DNA of 32,000 nucleotides from Candidatus Saccharimonadota bacterium (GTDB lineage Bacteria; Patescibacteriota; Gracilibacteria; Absconditabacterales; Absconditicoccaceae). The DNA lies in NCBI GenBank assembly GCA_030429145.1, contig JAUIDC010000001.1:480001-512000 (forward strand), written 5' to 3'. Shown here piece by piece: positions 23,563 through 31,683 of this stretch; within the stretch, counting starts at the first letter, position 1, and each line of letters opens with the position of its first letter. The notes beneath the pieces were generated by a model. It ran no database searches. It was not told where the DNA came from and worked only from the letters and a program-made list of their open reading frames with translations. The translations under genes were made by a program, and so were the position numbers.

Positions 23563-26500
23563 TTATTCTGGCAATGTTCCATCTCGTTTCATTCCTCATT
23601 CGAGGGCGGAGATACGAGCTTCAAGTATTTGTAGTTCTAGATTTTGTTGATCGAGTCTTGCTTGTCACGCATCCAACATCTTTGTATGTATTTCTTTGAC
23701 TGCCTGGATGGCAACAGCGATGAGATTATAGTATTCAACTGCTTTTCTTTCTGAACCATCAACTAGATTGAATGTTTTCACAAGGTCAGGGAAGACAGCT
23801 TCTACATGCTGAGCAATAACACCGATGCTTGATCTACCGTCGAGGATCCAGCTAAATGATACGCCTGTAAACTGTTGGATACCTGTAGCGGCATTTGTCA
23901 GAGGTGTGATATTTTCTTTGAGTGTTTCATCAGAGACAATATAGTTTGTGTTTGCAATGATGTCTCCCGCTACATGTAGTTTTACAACTGGTCAACTTGT
24001 ACCTATACCTACATTTCCTCAGTTATAATAAAGTCACTTGGTTCCAATTTGCCATAACCCAGCAGACTGTCCATTGAGATCTCCAGTAGTGAAAAGGTCT
24101 CCTTGGTTGTCGACACTAAGATATGAGTAGTTTGTATTGTTGAGATTGGTGAAACGGACATCACCTACAACGTCAAGTGCTGCTTGAGGGGTCTCTGTAT
24201 TGATTCCAATTTTACCTCCATTTGCATAGAAGATAGCACCTTGATAGTGTACTGAAAGTGCTCCAACAGTACCAGCGCCAGGCATGACTGCTTTGTCTAC
24301 AAGAGCTTGTATCATACCGTCGCCATCTACTCTGAGAGTAGGAATGTCTCCTGTAGAGATGATCGTACCAGTAGAACCTACCGAACCACTAAGGAACGAC
24401 CCAGTGAGACTTGCAGCCCATCGATATCTTTCTAGCTTTCGACCAACAGTACCTGAATGCATACTGTAGTTCGTTCCGTTTGCTCGAGTGATATCAATAC
24501 AGTTAGGTCCTATATAGTCTCCAGTAAAGTATGGAGCAGGATTGTTGAATATAGGAGAGAATGGTCTGTTGTTTACACTGTGACTTCCGTTACCATTGTA
24601 GCTTGTGCGCACAAAGTCGTAGTATCTGTTTGCATATTGGCTATTGAGAAGAGGACTCATGTTGAAGTATCCTTGATATGGTGCTCCAGATGGAAGTGGA
24701 GGATAGTTCATAGATGGCCATGCTATATTTGGAAAGTGTGAGTTCATCTGACCTCCCGCTGTCGCACAGTCTGCTGAGTTGTCGTCTGCATCACATTCAC
24801 ATCTTGGAGGAACAGGAAGCACCTCGGCTGCATATCGAGAACCGTCGGGTTGCCAGTCGCCCATTTTCATTGTATAGATGTTGTTTGCAAATGTGATATT
24901 GAGGCGATGCATAAATGCAGCTCCATAAGGATAGTGTGTTGCTCCAGTTGTTACTGTTCGTCCAAAAGGAGCTCCTCCAGAAGGTGGTGCTGCATTGAGA
25001 GCGAGGTCGACACACCTCAGTAGTCCTATATGATATCCACTTGTTGCAGGAGCATAGTATGTTGTTCCGTATGGAGGAGTTCCGTTTGTTCCACAGTCTT
25101 CTGTGTTGATGTCGACATCACATGGACACTGGTAGACAGGCTCCTGAGATCCTCGTGTGAAGAGCTGTTCAAGAGTGTGAGGCACTTGAGCATACAGTGT
25201 TGAGCCTGTTGCATAACTAGGAGGAGTCGCTGCTACCGCTCATGAAATAACAGCCGGTCCTGTTGAAGGTGATGAGACATGAAGTCTTACTAGTGGGTTG
25301 TCGGTACCAACACCGACCTTTTCGTTGACGATGCCTCCTGAAACTATCAGAGTTCCTGATACATAACCTCCGCTATAGAGATCAAAGACTTTATCCATTT
25401 TTGCGAGGGTGTATTGCTTTGCTGCGTTTGGAAGAACGTCGTCGCTAATGTCGTAGCAGTGAGGACCGAGATCGCTACCTGTCCACACATAGCCGTCAGA
25501 CGGAGACCGAGGGATAGTAGGGTAAAGGAGGTTCATTTGTTTTCCAGGCACATTACACTCATTTCCTGTTCCTACGTCACATCCACATCTTGGAGGTAAG
25601 TTTCCTACAGTGTTTGGAGATGGAGAATAGTTCAGGTAGTAAGTGCTACCCGATAGAGAAATATTCATAGAGTGTTGGGTCACTTTATTGTTTGTTGTAT
25701 CAATGTCATAACATGACTGTTGACCTATATAGAAGAAATACTGAGAAGTAGGTCTTGAGTAGGTAGCAGGTACATTACATGCTGCATCAGTACTAGTGAT
25801 GCTACTATCACAAGGACACTCGTATCCTTGATAGTATTGTCCGATAGGTGCTGAAGCATAAACCGAATATCCAGTCCCTGCAACATATCCTGTGACAAGG
25901 CTATACACACCGCCCGCGCCAGTACCATAATAGATGTCGTTAGCATTACTAGGTGTTTGTTTCCAGTAGTCACCATTGGCTGCAGAGAGTACGCCTCCTG
26001 TTAAAAGACAGTTCGGACTGCCAATGCCTGACCGTCATATAAACGATCCATTTGAACAGAGGGGAGAAGGTATACCACTTACTAAACCTGCTGGTGCACA
26101 TGTAGCATTACCATTGGTAAATGAGATGATTACCTCTCCACTTGGACAAGAGCCATCATTTACTGTAAGAGTACCAGCTCCTATATAATTGTAGATATTA
26201 AATCCAAGATTTCGCACGGTGATGGTTCCAGTAGCGATAGAACTACCAGTGATACTATAAGGAGAAAAAGCACCTCAAGTTATTTTATCTGATCTTAAGA
26301 AAATTCCTTCAGGAGCAACTAAGACTCTCTCATTTCCTAGAGAAGGATGGAGTCTGATAAGTTTGTTGTTTGTTCATGAAAGCTCTACTATGGCCGTGCT
26401 ACTTTGATCTCCGTCTTGCGTGATCATTAGCTTTTGCAAGATAGGAAAAGATCTTGTAATGCTTGAGTCCAGTGTTAGAGCATGGACGCTTCCAAATACT

Positions 26501-26589
26501 AACAAACTGCCTAAAAATGCTAGGCCAAGCAACTGAAGTCTGTTGAGTGATGTACGGTGCTTTCTGTGCTTTCTGTGCTTTTGTTTCAT
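23563..26589 (-). CDS. 1,008-aa fibre-like surface protein; longer paralog of 21619..23511 with an internal module duplication and a C-terminal S74 chaperone domain
   Basis: Track ORFs 26374..26589, 26035..26217, 25240..25908 and 24034..25185 share one frame. The gaps have TGA only (26374, 26275, 26035, 25240, 24034, 24019, 23992, 23665, 23596). Signal peptide: MKQKHRKHRKHRTSLNRLQLLGLAFLGSLLVFGSVHA. S74 signature: YIVSDETLKENITPL...IGVIAQHVEAVFPDLV...VEYYNLIAVAIQAVKEI. The stop is TAA at 23563-23565. Confidence 0.8.
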
Positions 26590-26932
26590 TATACCCAGAA
26601 ATGAGTGAATAAAAGCTCTTTTTTCTCACATACAATAGTATGTAATCATATTGAATTTGCTGTTTTTGTACTATTTTAAGATGAAAAGTGTATAGCAAAT
26701 AGCAAAAACAAGAACCAATGTAGTTAAAAAATGATACAATATAAAACTGCCAGTATGTGCTAAAATGCTTCATCAGAACGTCTTTTTTAGATGTTTGCGG
26801 GCTGGTATGATTTATAAAAATGAAAATTTGCTAACTACATTATATCAGAGCCTATTGAAACATCTTGATAAGGGTGCGGATTCTTGTATAAGAAAGGTGT
26901 TATAGTAGAGGTTGTTCTGCTATAGTAAAATA

Positions 26933-26960
26933 TTGACTTTCTTTTGATTGTCAGTATAAT
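26933..26960 (+). promoter_or_regulatory. Near-consensus sigma-70 type promoter (TTGACT-N16-TATAAT) facing the S8 peptidase gene
   Basis: TTGACT sits at 26933-26938, followed by a 16-nt spacer and TATAAT at 26955-26960, about 130 nt upstream of the ATG at 27090. It is identified by sequence match only, in an AT-rich intergenic region. Confidence 0.4.
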
Positions 26961-27089
26961 ATTATTGTCCCTCTTTGGGGATATGATCATTAACAGTTAC
27001 TCTTGTTGAAACAATATATTTAGAAGGTAATAGAGCGGCTACTCTATACTTTTCTCATCACAATTAATTAATGCAAAAAAGAAGAAATT

Positions 27090-30000
27090 ATGAAAAAAAC
27101 AATTTTAATGGTGATGGGGATATTGATTAGCTTTGCTATCCTTCCATCACGAACGATGGGGCAATATGCCCAACCACAGATCATACCAGACTCATTTGTT
27201 CAGGATGAGCTGGTAATAATTACTAAAACTCCTGTTGTTTGGGACGAATGTTCTCAGTCTATAGAAGGAGTTATGCATTCCCTGCCCATGGGAAGTACAA
27301 TCGTAGGTTGTGCCGATAAAGCTCTTTTTAAACAAGACGCAGAATCCACAGCTCAAGGTATGTATGTAGGGACTAGCTTCCTTGTGAAGTTGCCTACAAG
27401 CTCTCCTTACTCTGATGCACAGAGTGCTTTACACTATGTGCAGGAGTGTTTACAAGAACCGACGAGTATTATCTCTGTCGTAGATGTAAATAGGGTAGGT
27501 GCGTTACATGCTTCTTCTCCTGTGTCATATAACGATCCTGAGTTTGCTAACTCTCAATATCATCGTAAATATGATTTGACAGCCATAGCAAATGGTGTGA
27601 AATATACAGGATGGCAGCATGCTACTGGCTACAAATTTAAGAACACTTCTAAAGTTTTGATAGCAGTACTAGATGCTGGACTGAGATTTACTCACCAAGA
27701 TGTTCAAAATGCATACTGGGTTAACTCATCAGAGTCTTCAAATTCGTCTGATGATGATAGCAATGGTTATGTTGATGATATCAATGGCTGGGATTTTGTT
27801 AATAATGATAATGATCCAACCGATGATAATACTGGGAACTGGCATGGAACGCATGTGTTTGGCATTATAGCTGCTAGAAACAATAATAGTTACAATATTT
27901 GCGGGATGATTACTGACACGTTATCTACTATGGTTTTGAAAGTTGGTAACGCATCAGGCAGTGTAACTGATTTCTGGACAGCTTCAGGTTATAATTATGC
28001 CTTGGCTAAAGGAGCTCGTATTATGAATATGTCCTTTGGCTTTAATAATTCACCTACGCTTCTTATGAATGCGATAGCGAACGGTGTAGCAAACTACAAG
28101 GCTGTTCCTGTAGCATCTGTTGGCAACACAGGTAATCAATATTATGGATATCCTGCCTCAGGTGCTAATGTGATTACGGTAGGTAATGCTAGCTATGGGG
28201 GGACACTTTATACTGGCTCTAGCTATTCAGATAGTGTAGATGTAACTGCTGCGGGTGTTTCAGTTCGTTCCTTATTGGGAAATAGCAATACGGCGAGCGG
28301 TAATCTTACTGGTTCGTCTATGGCTGCACCTCATGTAAGTGGCTTCGTATGGTGGATCCTGAAAATGGATACATCATTGACAGTGCAACAAGTGACTCAG
28401 AAAATCCGTTCTATGGGTATGAATGGGTCATTTGTCTCTGGTCAAGGTTGGGGTTATGTTGTTGGGTTAGATACATTGTGTTACAACACGATGATGCCCG
28501 ACACAAGCGTTACTCTCTCTAAATGTGGGGGAATGCAACCTCTGCCTGTTACGAAAGTGTTCCAAATAGTAGATAGTGAGCGTTATGGTGTGTCATGGAT
28601 CGTAAATGATTCAGTTAACACAAACGTTGCTCCTACTGGGACATTTGACTACAAGATGGCCTGGGAATCTGCACCAAGAAGTTCGGTGTCATACAATGAT
28701 ACCTTTAGGTATGGTAATAAATACCTACACTTTACTGTGTCTGGCTCAGGTGGTACGACACCTTCTACCACAGTTCTTTCTTCAAAGGACACAATGTGCG
28801 TAGGGGATACGCTTCATATTACACGTGGAGGAAACACTGCTAATGCCAAGAGAAAGTGGTACAAAAATTCCACTTTGGTAGACACTTCGGTTGTCTATAT
28901 TGATACAGCAACTACAGCAGGCGTCGACACCATCAAGTTGGTCGTAGATCTTTCTACGACAGGGACTTGTTGGACTAAAGCGTATGACACGACAACTAAG
29001 TTGATCGTTAAAAACGCTACTGTTACGCCATCTGTATCTATAAGTGCTAATCCGGGCAATACAATCTGCTCGGGTACGTCAGTGACCTTCACTGCGTCGC
29101 CAACCAATGGAGGCTCTTCACCGAGCTACCAGTGGAAGGTGGGTAGCACAAATGTGGGTACCAATAGCAATACATATACTTCATCAACGTTATCAAACAA
29201 TGATGTTGTTTCATGTATTATGACTCCTACTACGGGAGGGTGTTATACTTCTTCAAGTGCGACATCAAATACTATTACTATGACCGTGAACACACCGGTA
29301 ACTCCATCAGTGAGTATCTCCGCTAATCCCGGTAATACAATCTGTGCGGGCACCAGTGTGACCTTCACTGCATCGCCAACCAACGGTGGCTCCTCAGCGA
29401 GTTACCAATGGAAAGTGAATAGCAGTAATGTTGGTACAAATAGCACAACCTTTAGCTCATCAACATTGTCTAACAATGATGTTGTAAGCTGTGTGATGAC
29501 AACTTCTTTAAGTTGTGTTACATCGGGTAATGCTACTAGTAACACGGTTACTATGTCAGTGACTAACAACGTGACACCAACGGTGTCTATAGCTCCTACA
29601 AGCACAACTATTTGTGAAGTAGGTGGGTCTGCTACATTGACAGCAAGCACTACTATCAGTGGTGTAAGTTATCAGTGGTATCGTGGCACTACGCCAGTCG
29701 GTACAAATAGCAATACTCATAATGTTTCTGGTATCTCACCAGGCACACATAGCTATACCGTTCAGATCACTGTGCCAAATGGATGTTTTACGTCCAGCAC
29801 GGCAACCAGCAACACGGCTTCTATAACTGTGAATGCTGCAACACCCGTAAATAGTTCTGCAAATGCCTCATCGCTTTCCATCTGCAATACGGTGGGAGAT
29901 ACGATCACTGCTAATTGCAGTGTGACTGGTGCTACCGTTCTTAAATGGCAGCACGATGATGGCACTGGCTTCGTAGATGTGATAGGTTCAAATGGTACAT

Positions 30001-30692
30001 ACTATGCACCAAGTGGTCTGTCAGGCGGTACTCACAAGTATCGTGCAATCTATACCATGCCAACCGGCTGTTACACTCAAGATAAAGATACAACTAACGA
30101 AGTGTCTATTAGTGTGACAGAAGCACAGGCTTTCACTGCTTCTTTAGCAGGTACTGATGCTTTTGTGCAAGCAGGTGTGTGGAAAGGGCTTTATACCCTT
30201 ACATTACCTGTCGGTTTGACAAGCTATACTGTAAAATGGTATCGTATCATCAATGGTCAGCCTGTTCTACAGACTACCTTGAACGATATAAAAACTTGGG
30301 TACGTGATCCTTTGGATAACGACCACCCAGACACTGTTTACGCAGTGGTGATACCAAAAGGGTGTTGGGACAAAGATTCTACACTTACCAATCAGGTCAT
30401 TGTGACCGCTTCGGTAAGTGTAGCCGCACTTCCCAAGCTGTCTGATGACTACCGCATATATCCTAACCCTGCAACTACCCAGTTATTCATAACCGGGTTG
30501 AAGCGTGATGATCGTATGATCATGACCAATGCAGTTGGACAACAAGTTCTACAGTACACGTTTGTACAGGAGAATAATCCTACACAAATTAATCTGTCTG
30601 GACTTCCCAACGGCATCTATATGGTGAGATTCATCTCTCATGATGGACAACCATACGCAGGAGGCGGAGCAAAAATAATCAAACAAGAGTAA
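27090..30692 (+). CDS. Subtilisin-like serine peptidase (family S8) with tandem Ig/PKD-like repeats and a T9SS (Por) C-terminal sorting domain, 1,200 aa
   Basis: The ORF is uninterrupted in the standard code. Signal peptide: MKKTILMVMGILISFAILPS. S8 triad motifs: AVLDAGL (Asp), WHGTHVFGIIAA (His) and GSSMAAPHVSG (Ser). The C-terminus YRIYPNPATTQLFITGL...LSGLPNGIYMVRFISHDG...KIIKQE matches the T9SS secretion-tail pattern of Bacteroidota. The stop is TAA. Confidence 0.9.
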   Translation: MKKTILMVMGILISFAILPSRTMGQYAQPQIIPDSFVQDELVIITKTPVVWDECSQSIEGVMHSLPMGSTIVGCADKALFKQDAESTAQGMYVGTSFLVKLPTSSPYSDAQSALHYVQECLQEPTSIISVVDVNRVGALHASSPVSYNDPEFANSQYHRKYDLTAIANGVKYTGWQHATGYKFKNTSKVLIAVLDAGLRFTHQDVQNAYWVNSSESSNSSDDDSNGYVDDINGWDFVNNDNDPTDDNTGNWHGTHVFGIIAARNNNSYNICGMITDTLSTMVLKVGNASGSVTDFWTASGYNYALAKGARIMNMSFGFNNSPTLLMNAIANGVANYKAVPVASVGNTGNQYYGYPASGANVITVGNASYGGTLYTGSSYSDSVDVTAAGVSVRSLLGNSNTASGNLTGSSMAAPHVSGFVWWILKMDTSLTVQQVTQKIRSMGMNGSFVSGQGWGYVVGLDTLCYNTMMPDTSVTLSKCGGMQPLPVTKVFQIVDSERYGVSWIVNDSVNTNVAPTGTFDYKMAWESAPRSSVSYNDTFRYGNKYLHFTVSGSGGTTPSTTVLSSKDTMCVGDTLHITRGGNTANAKRKWYKNSTLVDTSVVYIDTATTAGVDTIKLVVDLSTTGTCWTKAYDTTTKLIVKNATVTPSVSISANPGNTICSGTSVTFTASPTNGGSSPSYQWKVGSTNVGTNSNTYTSSTLSNNDVVSCIMTPTTGGCYTSSSATSNTITMTVNTPVTPSVSISANPGNTICAGTSVTFTASPTNGGSSASYQWKVNSSNVGTNSTTFSSSTLSNNDVVSCVMTTSLSCVTSGNATSNTVTMSVTNNVTPTVSIAPTSTTICEVGGSATLTASTTISGVSYQWYRGTTPVGTNSNTHNVSGISPGTHSYTVQITVPNGCFTSSTATSNTASITVNAATPVNSSANASSLSICNTVGDTITANCSVTGATVLKWQHDDGTGFVDVIGSNGTYYAPSGLSGGTHKYRAIYTMPTGCYTQDKDTTNEVSISVTEAQAFTASLAGTDAFVQAGVWKGLYTLTLPVGLTSYTVKWYRIINGQPVLQTTLNDIKTWVRDPLDNDHPDTVYAVVIPKGCWDKDSTLTNQVIVTASVSVAALPKLSDDYRIYPNPATTQLFITGLKRDDRMIMTNAVGQQVLQYTFVQENNPTQINLSGLPNGIYMVRFISHDGQPYAGGGAKIIKQE
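29025..29570 (+). repeat. Two adjacent, highly similar repeats of about 90 aa (Ig/PKD-like modules) within the S8 gene; more diverged copies continue to about 30130
   Basis: TPSVSISANPGNTICSGTSVTFTASPTNGGSSPSYQWKVGSTNVGTNSNTYTSSTLSNNDVVSCIM... aligns with TPSVSISANPGNTICAGTSVTFTASPTNGGSSASYQWKVNSSNVGTNSTTFSSSTLSNNDVVSCVM.... Later units keep the C...YQWY/KWQ...GT...C pattern. Confidence 0.8.
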
Positions 30693-30714
30693 TTGATTTC
30701 AATGAACATAACAC

Positions 30715-30746
30715 AGCGCTCGGTATTGTCCCGAGCGCTTTTTTTG
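30715..30746 (+). terminator. Rho-independent terminator after the S8 gene
   Basis: AGCGCTCGGtattgtcCCGAGCGCT is a perfect 9-bp GC-rich stem followed by a T-run. It starts 23 nt after the TAA. Confidence 0.85.
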
Positions 30747-30882
30747 TTGGAGGAGTGTTTTTGTGCAAAAAATTATTGTAATGGAAGACCACTTCTTTAT
30801 ATTGGTAGTTCGCGCAGAGAGAGAACTTTAAATGGTAAAATTCGATTAATTAACAACAAAAAGTACGAGAAATAGAATAAAT

Positions 30883-31638
30883 ATGCTAATTATCCTGCGT
30901 CGAAATGCGAAGATGCACGCGTGCTGGGTTTTGATCCTGGCGGGCTGTGCAAAAACGGGATACGATGGAAAATATGGCGTTTCGCCTTTATCATCGCCCC
31001 AATTAATGCCCAATACAATAGGGAGTGAAATGAATCAACTTCCTAATGACATGGACTCTATCAACATTCATACTGTTAACGAAGATCAACCAGCAGAAAG
31101 TTATTCTGATAAAGCTGGTTCATATATTGATTCTTCACTTGCTCAGTCTATATTCCAAGATGTGTTTGCTCAGGGTGAAAACCTCTGGGGGAGCTATTTC
31201 ACTGACGGACAATTTGTGTATGCTCACATGGTTCGTCGGTATATAGAAAGCAAGTATAACATAGAGTGTAGAAAACTGTTCATATTTGGTGACATTACAG
31301 CAACCTCTTTACGGTATGATTGCTGTGCAACATGGAGTTATGATGTTGCCTGTGTCTTACTAGGGAAAGAAGGGCGTCTTTACGTCATCGATCCAAGGTT
31401 ATTTAACTCGGTAGTGTCAAAAGATGTTTGGATGCAAGCACATGTCTCACCAACAATGTGCGAGCCGTATCCGATCATCTCGACATCAGAGCTAGTCTCT
31501 GGGGAGAGTCTCTTCCCACTGGGTGGGCCATCACTAGGCTATAAAAAAGATCCTGACTATCAAGCTGCTGAAGCCTGGAAGGGCTACTATGCTGATAGCA
31601 CAGGGTGTGGCTGTGTGAATGCCCTCGCTGTAAAGTAA
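30883..31638 (+). CDS. Protein-glutaminase-like lipoprotein (catalytic Cys and His positions appear substituted)
   Basis: The lipobox VLILAGC follows a basic N-terminus; an alternative start is the Met at 30913. The core DGQFVYAHMVRRYIESKYNIECRKLFIFGD...CCATWSYDVACVLLGKEGRLYVIDPRLF aligns, from my memory of the sequence, with Chryseobacterium protein-glutaminase DGCYARAHKMRQILMNNGYDCEKQFVYGN...CCVAWSYHVAILV...KRIIDPSLF. The ORF has no TGA and stops at TAA. Confidence 0.7.
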   Translation: MLIILRRNAKMHACWVLILAGCAKTGYDGKYGVSPLSSPQLMPNTIGSEMNQLPNDMDSINIHTVNEDQPAESYSDKAGSYIDSSLAQSIFQDVFAQGENLWGSYFTDGQFVYAHMVRRYIESKYNIECRKLFIFGDITATSLRYDCCATWSYDVACVLLGKEGRLYVIDPRLFNSVVSKDVWMQAHVSPTMCEPYPIISTSELVSGESLFPLGGPSLGYKKDPDYQAAEAWKGYYADSTGCGCVNALAVK

Positions 31639-31657
31639 ACCATATTCTCTCTGCGCA

Positions 31658-31683
31658 AACGCCCCGCTTCCGGGGCGTTTTTC
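31658..31683 (+). terminator. Rho-independent terminator after the glutaminase-like gene
   Basis: AACGCCCCGcttcCGGGGCGTT is a 9-bp GC-rich stem with a 4-nt loop followed by TTTTT. It starts 20 nt after the stop. Confidence 0.85.

Noticed and set aside
1-26589. The fragmented minus-strand ORFs could be a field of pseudogenes in a decaying genome.
   Set aside because: Decay would produce a mix of TAA, TAG and TGA stops together with frameshifts. Here every interruption is TGA, the frame is never lost over as much as 11.7 kb, and each re-joined gene ends in TAA or TAG.
1-26589. UGA could encode Trp (table 4, Mollicutes-like or a TGA-recoded phage).
   Set aside because: TGA aligns with Gly in the paralog pair (YYN[TGA]GNVGIG versus YYNGGSVGIG). 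It sits in Gly-rich runs (GL[TGA][TGA]AGG, GGSE[TGA]GGE). The Trp reading would also give too much Trp and too little Gly. A few sites (for example MLDA[TGA]QARL) are uninformative, so Trp is disfavoured rather than formally excluded.
1-26589. The in-frame UGA codons could encode selenocysteine.
   Set aside because: There are about 93 sites spread over all ten genes, including signal peptides and low-complexity tracts. None replaces a redox-type Cys, and I noticed no SECIS-like hairpin pattern.
21619-26589. The S74-domain tail-fibre-like genes could mark a prophage.
   Set aside because: The window has no capsid, portal, terminase, tail-tube, integrase or lysis gene. Both proteins carry Sec signal peptides and sit next to cellular surface-protein genes. 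I cannot exclude a phage origin for the domain itself.
26399-26773. Minus-strand ORF of 124 aa that overlaps the start of the long fibre gene and extends into the intergenic region.
   Set aside because: It is out of frame with the fibre gene, whose signal peptide starts at 26589. Its sequence is AT-rich and low-complexity (FY/IK-rich), and it runs across the probable promoter region.
27030-27050. A Bacteroidota-type -7 promoter element (TAnnTTTG) upstream of the S8 gene.
   Set aside because: I found only an imperfect match (TActTTTc, about 45 nt before the ATG), which is too weak to call. The sigma-70-like TTGACT-N16-TATAAT further upstream is a better sequence match, though it is also unverified.
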